A DNA stretch of 64,000 nucleotides from Candidatus Uhrbacteria bacterium CG10_big_fil_rev_8_21_14_0_10_50_16 (GCA_002774875.1 PCYM01000001.1:118153-182152), one strand, 5' to 3'. Positions 1 through 9,741 are shown, counted from the first letter of the stretch. Notes: generated by a model from the sequence alone, not told the origin. Numbers and translations are program-made.

Positions 1-153
1 ATTTAAACATGGTTGCAGATCAGATATTAGACTTTGCAAAGAGACACGGTCTTGCAGAAAATCGTGTTCTTGGTAAATTACTTGTCTATTTACAGCAGCG
101 AGATCCGGATCGATTTAAAGCGATGCAAGAGGCTGGCGTGATACCTGAATAAT
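1..153 (+). CDS. 3' end of an unidentified CDS entering from upstream (..MVADQILDFAKRHGLAENRVLGKLLVYLQQRDPDRFKAMQEAGVIPE*)
   Basis: Open frame from window edge to a TAA at 151-153; no recognisable family. Confidence 0.35.
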
Positions 154-156
154 CGT

Positions 157-1269
157 ATGACCACACAGGAACGTATTCAATCATTGTTGGAGGGAACAGA
201 TATTGTGCTCAACGGAGAGCATCTTTGGGACCCGCAAATTAAACAGGAGGGATTTTATAGGCGCGTGCTCACAAGAGCCAATCTGGGACTTGGAGAGGCG
301 TACATGGATGGTTGGTGGGAGTGCGCGCAGATTGATGAATTTATTGCGCGGTTGATGAGGATTGATATCAGGACACGGCTCAAACGCGATTGGCCAACGG
401 TGGCGATTGCCGTGGCGTCCGTGTTGATGAATCGTCAAACATCTAAACGAGCGTTTACCGTGGGAGAGGTGCATTATGACGCGGGAAATGATTTGTATCA
501 GGACATGTTGGACAAGCGTATGGTGTACACCTGTGGCTATTGGAAGAACGCTCACAATCTAGACGAGGCGCAGGAGGCGAAGTTGGATTTGGTTTGTAAG
601 AAGATTGGACTCAAAGCAGGAGACAAGGTGCTGGATATTGGATGCGGATGGGGAAGTTTTGCTAAGTATGCCGCGGAAACGTATGGCGCACATGTGGTGG
701 GCGTCACGGTTTCCAAAGAGCAGAAAGCGTTGGCAGACAAGCGCTGCGCAGGGTTGCCGGTGGAGATTCGTTTACAGGATTACAGGGAGATCAATGAACC
801 GTTTGACCATATTGTGTCGTTGGGCATGATTGAGCATGTGGGATACAAAAATTATCGAGCCTACATGGAGGTGGCGGCAAAGAATTTAAGGGAGGGTGGA
901 ATGTTTTTGCTGCACACCATCGGGTCGCTCAAGTCGGCCATCTCTACCGACCCGTGGATCGAAAAATATATTTTTCCCAACTCCATGTTGCCAAGTTTGG
1001 CACAGTTAGCAAAGGCGGTGGAGGGATTATTTGTGGTGGAGGACGTGCAGAACTTTGGAGCGGATTATGACAAAACGCTTATGGCGTGGTTTGAAAATTT
1101 CGACGCGGCCTGGCCACACATAAAGGATCAATATGACGAGCGTTTTTACCGTATGTGGAAGTACTATTTGCTCTCTTGCGCAGGGTCGTTTAGGTCACGC
1201 GATAATCAGCTTTGGCAGTTGGTGTTGAGCAAAGGGGGAGTGGAGGGTGTGTATGAGGCGGTGAGGTAG
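157..1269 (+). CDS. cfa: cyclopropane-fatty-acyl-phospholipid synthase (SAM-dependent methyltransferase)
   Basis: 370 aa; VLDIGCGWG SAM-binding motif and overall CFA-synthase-like sequence (YDAGNDLYQDMLD, MIEHVG). Confidence 0.8.
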   Translation: MTTQERIQSLLEGTDIVLNGEHLWDPQIKQEGFYRRVLTRANLGLGEAYMDGWWECAQIDEFIARLMRIDIRTRLKRDWPTVAIAVASVLMNRQTSKRAFTVGEVHYDAGNDLYQDMLDKRMVYTCGYWKNAHNLDEAQEAKLDLVCKKIGLKAGDKVLDIGCGWGSFAKYAAETYGAHVVGVTVSKEQKALADKRCAGLPVEIRLQDYREINEPFDHIVSLGMIEHVGYKNYRAYMEVAAKNLREGGMFLLHTIGSLKSAISTDPWIEKYIFPNSMLPSLAQLAKAVEGLFVVEDVQNFGADYDKTLMAWFENFDAAWPHIKDQYDERFYRMWKYYLLSCAGSFRSRDNQLWQLVLSKGGVEGVYEAVR

Positions 1270-1342
1270 GGGGATGGGGGAAGGCTGGTGCTTGAATTTT
1301 GGCTAAAAATAGGGAAATAATTGGCATAGACAGAGCGAGGGG

Positions 1343-1371
1343 TTGACAAACTCCTCGTTTTGTGTTATAAA
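1343..1371 (+). promoter_or_regulatory. sigma70-like promoter: TTGACA, 17 nt spacer, TATAAA
   Basis: TTGACA at 1343-1348, 17-nt spacer, TATAAA at 1366-1371; read directly. Confidence 0.4.
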
Positions 1372-1377
1372 GGGTCC

Positions 1378-1775
1378 ATCGCAAATGAGTGAGCCGCTCT
1401 GGCTCCCCGCGATCGACGATGGAAGAGGCACCCCGTTCGCGGGGCGTCTCACGGGGTGTTGGCGCAAGCCAGCACAGCCCAGCTAGTATTTGGAAAAATT
1501 GGAGCAATCCTAACCATTTACTAGTGATACAAAGGAAAGAAAGGAACGCGTCCGTGCTATTGGCGCGTGGGTACCTTTCCTCTGTATGGGCGATTCATAT
1601 GCGACCAATCCCTCCCATCCGATTGGGTGAGGTCGCAACACGGGGGTGTGCCGGAGGCACGCCGGCGCACCCCCTTCTTTCCTCTCACGAGGCAAGCACG
1701 TCTTATGGGGCCTGGCCATGGATTTATCCATCTGCTGGGCCTTGTTTTCGTTTTGTTGTTGTCTATGAATAAGTG
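1378..1775 (+). ncRNA. candidate structured ncRNA (~390 nt) between cfa and the rlmD-like gene; has some RNase P RNA-like motifs but is not confidently assigned
   Basis: Follows the consensus-like promoter and ends in a G+C-rich hairpin plus T-rich tract (~1718-1775). Contains strong stems (ccccgcga..tcgcgggg, gggggtgtgccgg..ccggcgcaccccc) and the motifs AGGAAAG and GGGTGA..GCGCACC. Every ORF in the interval is low-complexity Arg/Pro/Ser junk. Confidence 0.25.
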
Positions 1776-1832
1776 GCTCATTTTTTTACACAATCATTGC
1801 TATTAGAGGAAGATTTTGCTATCGTGCGGCGC

Positions 1833-3113
1833 ATGGAACCAATCAAAATAGATAAAATGGTGTTTGGCGGGCAGGGAATGGGACGCTTGGAGGACGGCCA
1901 CATTGCCTTTGTTTGGAACGCCTTGCCGGGCGAGGAGGTGGAGATGGAAGTGCTAAAAAAGAAACGTGGATTTAGAGAGGGAATCGCCCGATCCATCCTG
2001 ACCGCATCACCTGATCGTATAGACCCAGTAGAACCGGGGTCGTATTTGTCCACCTCTCCGTGGCAAATGATGACGTTTGAAGCAGAACAGCGTTACAAAG
2101 TAGAGATGGCAAAGGAGGCATTGCAAAAACTGGGTCATATTGAGACGGCCACATTGCCGATTGTGGGAGACGAGCAGGCAATGTATGGCTATCGCAATAA
2201 AATGGAATTCTCGTTCTTTACCGAAACACGCGACACACCCATGCAGTTGTGTTTTTATGCACGCGGATCTCATCAAAAAGTGGCGGTGGAGGGAAGCGCG
2301 CTTGCTGAGCCGATTATTAACGAGGTTGCACACAAGGTTCTTGATTGGCTTATTGCACAAGAGGTTAATCGCCTCGATTTAAAAACGCTTATTGTGCGCA
2401 GTGACGGACAAGGCCAGGCCATTGCGGCGTTGTTTGTAAAAGAGGCGTTAGATGTAGATGTCTACCCTGAGCTCAGTGATACCTTTAAGGGATTTCAAAT
2501 CTACTTCTCTAATCCCAAGAGTCCCGCATCGGTACCAACGGACTTGCTATTTTCTTGTGGAGATGATTCGCTCGTTGTCGATTTGAACGGTGTGCAATTG
2601 CAATGCGGACTGTTAAGTTTCTTCCAGGTGAATCAGCCGATTTTTGCTAAGACACTTACAGCTATTCAAGAGTATTTGGGACCCAATCAAGAAATCGTGG
2701 ATGTGTATTCTGGTGTTGGATCGATTGGATTGTGCCTTGCGTCGTCGGCAAAATCGGTCACGCTTGTTGAGAATAATGCCGAGGCGTGTGAGTATACGCG
2801 GCAAAATGTGTCACGAAATAAAATTAAGAACGCAACCGTTGTGGAAGCTGCCGCCGAGCATGTGGTGGAAGAGATCGTGGGAGACCGTGTGATTATTTTA
2901 GATCCGCCACGCGCGGGTGTGCACGGAGACGTGATTGATCGACTGTTGGAGGTGCTTCCACCTAAAATTGTGTACTTGTCTTGTAATATCTCCACGCAAG
3001 CGCGAGACATTCAGCTCCTTTTGGGGTCGTATCGCGTGGTGAGTGGATCTTTGTATAACTATTTCCCTCGTACACCGCATGTGGAGTCACTGATGTTTTT
3101 AGAGCGGATCTAA
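1833..3113 (+). CDS. 23S rRNA (uracil-5)-methyltransferase RlmD/RumA family, with TRAM domain
   Basis: FQVN, DVYSGVGSIGL and ILDPPRAG motifs; start taken at the ATG at 1833 inside the longer ORF. Confidence 0.8.
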   Translation: MEPIKIDKMVFGGQGMGRLEDGHIAFVWNALPGEEVEMEVLKKKRGFREGIARSILTASPDRIDPVEPGSYLSTSPWQMMTFEAEQRYKVEMAKEALQKLGHIETATLPIVGDEQAMYGYRNKMEFSFFTETRDTPMQLCFYARGSHQKVAVEGSALAEPIINEVAHKVLDWLIAQEVNRLDLKTLIVRSDGQGQAIAALFVKEALDVDVYPELSDTFKGFQIYFSNPKSPASVPTDLLFSCGDDSLVVDLNGVQLQCGLLSFFQVNQPIFAKTLTAIQEYLGPNQEIVDVYSGVGSIGLCLASSAKSVTLVENNAEACEYTRQNVSRNKIKNATVVEAAAEHVVEEIVGDRVIILDPPRAGVHGDVIDRLLEVLPPKIVYLSCNISTQARDIQLLLGSYRVVSGSLYNYFPRTPHVESLMFLERI

Positions 3114-3145
3114 CCATGCTACAATAACAGCACGTAACCGAATCT

Positions 3146-3892
3146 ATGAAAAAATCAACGTTAAAAAGTTTCTATTTGTGGGGAGGATCATTTGCTGTGT
3201 TGGCGTTACTAGTTTGGGGACTTGTGACCGTGAGCGGAGGGTACAATAGCGGAACGTTTACGGCCGTTCCATTAGATTTGTCTTCTGCCGCGGCATTTGA
3301 GCACACCAAAGGCCCTGAGGATGCGGCGATAACAATCGTGGAGTATTCTGATTTCCAATGTCCGTATTGTAAACAAGCTGTACCAGTGGTGGAGCAAATT
3401 TTGGCAGAATATCCGGATTCGGTTCGACTTATCTATCGTCATTACCCATTGCGACAGGTGCATCAACAAACACAACTCGCAGCAGAGTCGGCAGAAGCGG
3501 CGGGACGACAAGATAAATTTTGGGAGATGCATGATGTCCTCTTTGCAAATCAAGAACAGTGGTCTGGAAACTTGGGTGCCCGCGGGATTTTTGAGTCGTA
3601 TGCAGAAGCGCTTGGGCTAGACGTAGATCTCTTTAAAACAGACCTGCAGGATCGTGCGTTGGCTGAGAAAATTCAAAACGATTACGCAAGTGGTAACGAT
3701 GCAGGTGTACAGGGAACCCCAACGTTCTTTATTAACGGTGTTCAATTAAAGGCTTCGAGCTATTCAGGATTTGTGGCAGCGATTAATGCGGAACTCGCTC
3801 GGCTCGAGGAGGTTGCTGCAGCGACTGTGGATGCGGGTGCAAGCGCTGAAGATCCAGATACCGTAGGCACGGAACCAGTGACCGCGGAATAA
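3146..3892 (+). CDS. DsbA-family thiol:disulfide oxidoreductase, membrane-anchored or secreted
   Basis: N-terminal TM/signal segment; thioredoxin CPYC active site; DsbA-like fold signature (GTPTFFINGV). Confidence 0.8.
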   Translation: MKKSTLKSFYLWGGSFAVLALLVWGLVTVSGGYNSGTFTAVPLDLSSAAAFEHTKGPEDAAITIVEYSDFQCPYCKQAVPVVEQILAEYPDSVRLIYRHYPLRQVHQQTQLAAESAEAAGRQDKFWEMHDVLFANQEQWSGNLGARGIFESYAEALGLDVDLFKTDLQDRALAEKIQNDYASGNDAGVQGTPTFFINGVQLKASSYSGFVAAINAELARLEEVAAATVDAGASAEDPDTVGTEPVTAE

Positions 3893-3893
3893 C

Positions 3894-4331
3894 ATGTCAT
3901 CAAAATTCACAACGTGGATTTCCCGAGGCCTCCTTGTGGTGGGGGCTCTTGGGTTCATGGACGCCACGTACCTCACGTTGAAGCATTACGCGGGGGAGGT
4001 GGTTGGCTGCACCATTACGCAGGGCTGTGAGATTGTGACAACGAGTGTATATTCGCAGTTTTATGGAATCCCAGTGGCGTTGTTCGGCGCACTCTACTAC
4101 TTGACAATCGTTGTATTGATGATTGCGTATTTTGATCGAAAGAACGAGGTATTGCTGCGCATTGGCGCTTGGCTGACGTTTACAGGACTCGTCGCATCCT
4201 TGTATTTTGTGGGTGTTCAGGCCTTTATTTTGCATGCGTGGTGCCAGTACTGTATCGGATCGGCGATCTCGTCGTCCGTATTGTTCTTGCTTGGCATAAC
4301 GTATCTTCTAAAACAAAAATCAACTTCTTAA
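3894..4331 (+). CDS. vitamin K epoxide reductase (VKOR) family membrane protein, a DsbB analogue
   Basis: Polytopic 145 aa; CxxC pair (GCTITQGC and WCQYC) typical of bacterial VKOR; adjacent to dsbA with 1-nt spacing. Confidence 0.8.
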   Translation: MSSKFTTWISRGLLVVGALGFMDATYLTLKHYAGEVVGCTITQGCEIVTTSVYSQFYGIPVALFGALYYLTIVVLMIAYFDRKNEVLLRIGAWLTFTGLVASLYFVGVQAFILHAWCQYCIGSAISSSVLFLLGITYLLKQKSTS

Positions 4332-4333
4332 TT

Positions 4334-4504
4334 ATGTTGTGGTATTGGATCCTGGGCGCATTGCTGGTCGTTATCCTTATGCTTGCCGTTGGTGCAGTGA
4401 TGGCCAAAAAAACGGAATCTGTTTTGGTTGGGGAAGTGTGGGCTGTTTTTTCTCTCATTGTGTTTGTGGGCGTGTATTTTTTGATTGGCGCCTTGTTGCG
4501 CTAG
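4334..4504 (+). CDS. small hydrophobic protein (56 aa, 2 predicted TM)
   Basis: ATG at 4334 directly after the VKOR stop; MLWYWILGALLVVILMLAVGAV..; same strand and operon. Confidence 0.4.
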   Translation: MLWYWILGALLVVILMLAVGAVMAKKTESVLVGEVWAVFSLIVFVGVYFLIGALLR

Positions 4505-4551
4505 CTGTCCACAGGGGGATTACAGATACATGGTCGAATTCGCTATACTAG

Positions 4552-5634
4552 ATGCATAAATCTTGTATTTTTTTTATGGCTTATAACATTCCAAGTGGGC
4601 CGATCGGGCAAATGAATTCCGGTGGCGGACCGATGCGTACAAAGAAACAACCAAACATTTTGCAGGCGATTGCAGGTGCATTTATTGGCGTATTGCTCGT
4701 GTTGGGATCACCTGTTGCCATGTGGATGGCGGGGTCACAACATCGCGCCAAGGATTTTCAAGTGGCACAGCAGGTTGATTTGGATACGGTCGCGTCGGGT
4801 TATGTGACGTTCCGTGGTGCTCCGGAGTTGGTCACGAAAACAGCAAAAACTTGTTTTGACAGTGACTGTATCTATGAGCATGAAAGCGTCGAACGACTCG
4901 AGACGAAGCAGAGTTTAGAGTGTTCCAAGGACATTAAACAAGATGAGATGACACGCATCCTCTACCAGGACGGATCGGAATATAACGACGAAACCGGAGA
5001 GACCGTTCCGTGTTACCAGGTGGAACGTGATAGTTGGGTCGTAAAGACGGAGCATGTGATTGCTAACGATGTAATGGTTGGTTCCTTTACTATTACGCCA
5101 AACGAACGTGCAGAATACTTGGAGACCGTAGAGACGATCGATGAAACAGAGTTTGATCTTAACGACAAAGCGATAGCTCGAAGCGTATACACCACATTCC
5201 GTACGCCGGATATGCTTCTTGTTGCGGGTGAGTCGAGTGATGGTCGCGTTGTCATGCCAGAGAAGCGGACGTATGTGTTCTCGCAATATGATCATCCATT
5301 AACTCTGCAGAAACTCCGAGATATTGATAAAGAAAGTCGCATGATCTTGTGGCTCGTTACGTTTGCCATGATCTTTATTGGATATAGTATGATTTTTGGG
5401 CCGATTCAGTCATTGGCGCGTATAGCGCTCCATATTCCAGGGTTGGCACCAGTGGGACGAGCGATTGCACAAGGATCGCGTGCAATGATCGGTGTCCTGT
5501 CGTTTATCCTTGCGGTGGTGACGTGGGCGATTGTGTGGTTCTTTGTGACGATCATTCAGGTTTGGTGGCTGGGATTGATCGTAGTGGTATTACTGGGACT
5601 TCTTGGATGGTGGCTCTCAAAGCGTAAGAAGTAA
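4552..5634 (+). CDS. hypothetical membrane protein: N-terminal TM, ~200-aa Cys-containing extracytoplasmic domain, C-terminal TM bundle
   Basis: 360 aa; hydrophobic segments at aa ~35-60 and ~285-355; Cys pairs CFDSDC, ECSKD, PCYQ; last gene of the dsbA-vkor operon. Confidence 0.5.
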   Translation: MHKSCIFFMAYNIPSGPIGQMNSGGGPMRTKKQPNILQAIAGAFIGVLLVLGSPVAMWMAGSQHRAKDFQVAQQVDLDTVASGYVTFRGAPELVTKTAKTCFDSDCIYEHESVERLETKQSLECSKDIKQDEMTRILYQDGSEYNDETGETVPCYQVERDSWVVKTEHVIANDVMVGSFTITPNERAEYLETVETIDETEFDLNDKAIARSVYTTFRTPDMLLVAGESSDGRVVMPEKRTYVFSQYDHPLTLQKLRDIDKESRMILWLVTFAMIFIGYSMIFGPIQSLARIALHIPGLAPVGRAIAQGSRAMIGVLSFILAVVTWAIVWFFVTIIQVWWLGLIVVVLLGLLGWWLSKRKK

Positions 5635-5642
5635 GAAACAAT

Positions 5643-5672
5643 AAAAAACAGCCCATTCGGGCTGTTTTTTAT
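5643..5672. terminator. bidirectional intrinsic terminator (acagcccattcgggctgt flanked by A-run and T-run)
   Basis: Perfect 7-bp stem with 4-nt loop between convergent genes. Confidence 0.6.
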
Positions 5673-6379
5673 TTAAAGAGCTGTGTATCGTCGCCGAGGA
5701 GTTTAAACAAGGTAGACTTTTCTTTATTGGAAAGCGGTCGTGCTTGACCTTGTTTAAGGTGACCAAGTTTGATGTTCATGACGCGCGTGCGTTTGAGAGA
5801 GGTAACCTCATTGCCGAGTGTCTCAACCATTTTGCGAATTTGACGATTACGACCCTCAGTAATAACGATTTTAAACGCGTTCTTATTCTGTCGCTCTACC
5901 GTTGCTGCTCGTGTTGGTCGTCCATCGATAGGTACACCTGCGGCAATCTTTTCAAGAAAATCTTTTGTTAGTGGTCGTCGTACGTGAACGAGATATTCTT
6001 TTTCGTGACCTCCGATTGGTTTAAGAATCTTGTTCACAATATCCCCATCGTTTGTAACGAGGAGCAGGCCGGATGAATCTTTATCAAGTCGTCCCACGGC
6101 AAACACGTGCTCATGAAGACCAAGTGCACGAGGAAGATTCTGTGCGACATCATCAGAATGTGTAACCTCTACTCCACGTGGTTTGTGATAGGCGAGATAG
6201 ATTTCATCTGTTTCTGGGTTGACGGGTGCGTTATTCGCAAAGACAATATCGTCCTCTCCAACGTCATCCCCCAAAACAGCGATGCGGTCGTTAATACGAA
6301 TAGAACCAGCCTCTATGAGTCGGTCGGCCTCGCGCCTGGAACAGACGCCGTGATTTGCTAAATACTTATTGATTCGCAT
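5669..6379 (-). CDS. rRNA pseudouridine synthase (RsuA/RluB/RluF family) with S4 RNA-binding domain
   Basis: MRINKYLANHGVCSRREADRLIEAG S4 domain; GRLDKDSSGLLL catalytic Asp motif. Confidence 0.8.
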   Translation of the reverse strand: MRINKYLANHGVCSRREADRLIEAGSIRINDRIAVLGDDVGEDDIVFANNAPVNPETDEIYLAYHKPRGVEVTHSDDVAQNLPRALGLHEHVFAVGRLDKDSSGLLLVTNDGDIVNKILKPIGGHEKEYLVHVRRPLTKDFLEKIAAGVPIDGRPTRAATVERQNKNAFKIVITEGRNRQIRKMVETLGNEVTSLKRTRVMNIKLGHLKQGQARPLSNKEKSTLFKLLGDDTQLFK

Positions 6380-6463
6380 AAGGGAAGACCCTACCTGATC
6401 GTGAATGATTTGTCAATGATAGCATGGTTCTCCTATATGCGGGGCGCGTGTTATACTGAGGCT

Positions 6464-7384
6464 ATGTCGTATCAAATTGGAATGGATATTGGTGGTAGTA
6501 AATACCATTTTCGGGCACAAACAGATCGTGGTCGTTTGGTTGATGTGGTCGTCCCTGCAAAAGGTCTTTTAACATCCTTGGAATCAAAAAAACTTGTAGC
6601 GGAAATGGATGCGGGCGTAAAACGACTCATGAGAACACTGAAAACGCGTGAAGTGCCCACGGGGGTCGCGATTGGATTGGCGGGGCTTGATTCATCGGAG
6701 ATGACACGAGTCGTATCTCGTGCGTTGATGCAGAAACGTTGGTGGAAAGATGTAGATCCAAACAAACGTCTATTAGTGAATGATGTGATTATCGGCCTGC
6801 GTGCGGGCACAGACCGTGCTGCCGCGATCGCAATCGTGTCGGGAACGGGGTCCAATGGATATGGAATTGATCCGCGAGGAGACGAAGCATGGGTGTCGGG
6901 CCGTGGGCCACTTATGGCCGATGAAGGAAGCGCGTACGAGATTGGGGTTGCCTGTTTGCGCGCGGTCAGAAAAGCAGAAGACGGGCGAGGTCCTGCAACG
7001 CACCTGCAGGCAATGGTTTTAAAAAAATTTCAGGTGTCATCTACGGCTCAGCTCGTTCCATTGATGCATCAATCAGCATTTGATCGGCAGCATGTTGCCG
7101 AGCTCGCGATTCTCGTAATGGAAGCGTCGTTGAAAGGAGATAAGGTTGCAGAAGCGATAATAGATGTAGCAGCAAACGAGTTGGCTCTGATGGCGAAAAC
7201 GCTTCACAAGCAATTACATTTTGGGGAAGACAAAGTTGATGTTGTGATGGTTGGTGGTTGTATTAATAAGAACGTAGAATTGCGGCGACTGTTTTTGCGC
7301 GCCATGAAAAAAGAATCATGGGCAAATCCGATTCCCTTGCTCGATGACCCTGTGTCGGGTGCGCTTCAACTCCTCCATTTCTAA
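6464..7384 (+). CDS. BadF/BadG/BcrA/BcrD-type ATPase, N-acetylglucosamine kinase-like
   Basis: GMDIGGSK phosphate-1 motif at the N-terminus; sugar-kinase/ASKHA-like pattern. Start placed at the ATG at 6464; the ORF is open from 6401. Confidence 0.55.
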   Translation: MSYQIGMDIGGSKYHFRAQTDRGRLVDVVVPAKGLLTSLESKKLVAEMDAGVKRLMRTLKTREVPTGVAIGLAGLDSSEMTRVVSRALMQKRWWKDVDPNKRLLVNDVIIGLRAGTDRAAAIAIVSGTGSNGYGIDPRGDEAWVSGRGPLMADEGSAYEIGVACLRAVRKAEDGRGPATHLQAMVLKKFQVSSTAQLVPLMHQSAFDRQHVAELAILVMEASLKGDKVAEAIIDVAANELALMAKTLHKQLHFGEDKVDVVMVGGCINKNVELRRLFLRAMKKESWANPIPLLDDPVSGALQLLHF

Positions 7385-7458
7385 GCCGAGCGATGTCTCG
7401 GTTTTGCGTTTATTAGAGAAATTGGATAAAGTCACCTTACTAACATCAGAAAACGCGT

Positions 7459-8973
7459 ATGAAAACTACGGTCTTACAAGGAGATATTACAACGTCCGAG
7501 GCAAATGTGTTGATCGTGGGACATTTGGAGGATGGTGGAAAGCGATTGGGGGGTGCATTGGAATCGATAGACACCGCGCTCGGCGGAGAAATTTCTGCAG
7601 CGATTACGGCAAAGGAGATAACCGGAAAACTTGCACAGATTTTGCTTGTTCGCACGCATGGTCGGATTCAACCGTCGCACGTGATCGTGGTTGGACTGGG
7701 AACAAAAAAAGAACTGACTGTGGAGCGTGTGCGCCAAGCCATGGGATCGGCTTGGTCTAGGGTCATGCAATTGAATGTCAGTTCTGTGGCGGCTGTGTTG
7801 ATGGGCGCAGGGAAGGGGGAGCAAGAGCCGCGTGCAATCGCACAGGCACTTACGGAGGCGGCACTGCTGACAAATTACAAATTTGATACGTGGAAAAAGA
7901 ACGATGACACTAAAAAGACGATCATTGCCAATTTGACGCTCGTTGAAATCCTGCCAGCTCATTGCAAGCTTGCAGTGCTTGGATGCGCGGACGGAGAGGT
8001 TTTTGCACAGGCGACGATTGTTGCGCGCGACCTTGTGAACGAGGCGCCTTCACACATGGTGCCAATGGAGCTTAAGCGAGCGGCGGAGGCGATCGCAAAA
8101 TCCTGTCCAGAGGTGTCCCTGAAGGTACTTGATCGCGCAGCAGCAAAGAAACGTGGCATGAATGCCTTCCTCGCCGTGGCTGCAGGGTCTACGACGGAAC
8201 CGTATTTCTTGCACCTCACGTATACACCAAACAAACCAACCAAAAAATCTATCGCGCTTGTCGGAAAGGGGATTACGTTTGATTCTGGTGGTTTGTCTCT
8301 CAAGCCTGCCGATGGCATGATGACCATGAAATGTGACATGGCGGGAGCGGCAACCGTACTGGGAATTTTTTCCGCATTAGGAAAGTTACAGCCAACGATG
8401 GTGGTTCACGGGTTGATTGCGGCGTGTGAAAATATGCCATCGGGCTCTGCGTATCGCCCGGGAGATGTCGTGACGGCCATGAACGGGACTACGATTGAAG
8501 TTTTAAATACGGATGCAGAAGGACGGGTCACCCTTGCCGATGCGCTCTCGTATGCCACGGAATTGCGCCCAAATGCGATCATTGATTTGGCAACACTCAC
8601 GGGTGCCTGTGTGGTGGCGTTAGGTGAGGAAATCGTTGGCGTCATGACGGACAATGAGAAGCTTGCAGAACGAGTGCTAGAAGCTTCGTATCAAGCGGGT
8701 GAGGAATTTTGGGAACTTCCCCTGTATCGAGGATACGAAGTACTGATTGAAAGTAAGGTTGCCGATGTTCAAAATATTGGGGTAAACCGATGGGGTGGAG
8801 CTTTGACGGCCGGTCTCTTCCTCAAGAAATTTGTGGACCCTGCCATTCCTTGGATGCACTTGGATATTGCCGGTCCGGCATTTGCTGAGCGTGAATACCT
8901 CTCGTATGTTCCCTATGGAGGGACGGGTGCTGGTGTTCGAACAGTATTGCAGATGCTCAAACAACGGTGGTAA
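7459..8973 (+). CDS. pepA: leucyl aminopeptidase (M17 family)
   Basis: NTDAEGRVTLADAL signature and M17 catalytic-domain pattern; 504 aa. Confidence 0.85.
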   Translation: MKTTVLQGDITTSEANVLIVGHLEDGGKRLGGALESIDTALGGEISAAITAKEITGKLAQILLVRTHGRIQPSHVIVVGLGTKKELTVERVRQAMGSAWSRVMQLNVSSVAAVLMGAGKGEQEPRAIAQALTEAALLTNYKFDTWKKNDDTKKTIIANLTLVEILPAHCKLAVLGCADGEVFAQATIVARDLVNEAPSHMVPMELKRAAEAIAKSCPEVSLKVLDRAAAKKRGMNAFLAVAAGSTTEPYFLHLTYTPNKPTKKSIALVGKGITFDSGGLSLKPADGMMTMKCDMAGAATVLGIFSALGKLQPTMVVHGLIAACENMPSGSAYRPGDVVTAMNGTTIEVLNTDAEGRVTLADALSYATELRPNAIIDLATLTGACVVALGEEIVGVMTDNEKLAERVLEASYQAGEEFWELPLYRGYEVLIESKVADVQNIGVNRWGGALTAGLFLKKFVDPAIPWMHLDIAGPAFAEREYLSYVPYGGTGAGVRTVLQMLKQRW

Positions 8974-8978
8974 AGGTT

Positions 8979-9003
8979 AACCCGCGCAATTGCGCGGGTT
9001 TTA
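8979..9003. terminator. intrinsic terminator hairpin cccgcgcaattgcgcggg plus T-run, shared by convergent genes
   Basis: Perfect palindrome followed by TTTT. Confidence 0.6.
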
Positions 9004-9645
9004 GCTGAGTCGGAAGGGTGGAGTCGCGCCAACGAGTTGCAGTAAACCGGGGTCTGTGCACATGTGGTTGGTGACGAGATCAAACGCCTCCTGAAACGTG
9101 TCGACCGCGTAGGCTTCCTCGTTCCTTAGAATTCGACGTGGACGACCGCCTTCTAGAAACAAGACGAACCCCGTCGGTCGGTAGTGCTTCTGCCTGTGCG
9201 CCCCTACGTAGAGCAGGTAGATAGGCGCTTGCGTGACGCGATCGTCGTGACGAAGATGGACACAAACCCAGAGAGCGCGAATGGCACTGTGCCGCAGATA
9301 ATTGAACATCCACTCCGCATCTACAAGCTCTGTGACTTGGTGAACATGTGTATTGCTGCTTGGCAATCGATAGGCGAGAAGTCCAAAGAGCTCCTGTCGC
9401 GCCTGGCTGTGCACGACGAGTCGAACAACGAGAACAACACACACGAGAGAACAGATAACGAATGTTCCTGCGAGATGCTGGATCTTAATCCAGTCAAAAC
9501 ACCATAGCATTCCCAGAACGATCATGACGCCGATCGCGGACAGTAATACGTCGAGCATGCCGTACAGGGCACGCGTGCTCAAGACACGTTCGCGTACTTC
9601 CTGCGTCCCCAGACAATCCAAACAGACAGGTGTCGCAATTTTCAT
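9001..9645 (-). CDS. hypothetical membrane protein with N-terminal CxxC..C zinc-ribbon-like segment, 2 TM and a C-terminal soluble domain
   Basis: Start set at the ATG at 9645 (MKIATPVCLDCLG) preceded by AGGAGG; the longer 237-aa ORF start is less likely; no family recognised. Confidence 0.4.
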   Translation of the reverse strand: MKIATPVCLDCLGTQEVRERVLSTRALYGMLDVLLSAIGVMIVLGMLWCFDWIKIQHLAGTFVICSLVCVVLVVRLVVHSQARQELFGLLAYRLPSSNTHVHQVTELVDAEWMFNYLRHSAIRALWVCVHLRHDDRVTQAPIYLLYVGAHRQKHYRPTGFVLFLEGGRPRRILRNEEAYAVDTFQEAFDLVTNHMCTDPGLLQLVGATPPFRLS

Positions 9646-9712
9646 GGGTTCCTCCAAACATGACGCCATAATTAAAGTACAAATTGAACGTCCTGTCAAT
9701 GATACGACAAAC

Positions 9713-9741
9713 AAAAAAGACGGTTATCCGTCTTTTTCTGT
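9713..9741. terminator. intrinsic terminator (aaaagacggttatccgtcttttt) downstream of the peroxiredoxin gene
   Basis: 6-bp stem, 4-nt loop, flanking A/T runs. Confidence 0.55.

Noticed and set aside
1389-1772. 127-aa ORF (and antisense ORFs 1190-1507, 1510-1731, 1557-1793) in the cfa to rlmD spacer
   Set aside because: Translations are low-complexity Arg/Pro/Ser/Gly-rich with no start context. They overlap each other on both strands, as expected for chance ORFs in G+C-rich noncoding or RNA-coding sequence.
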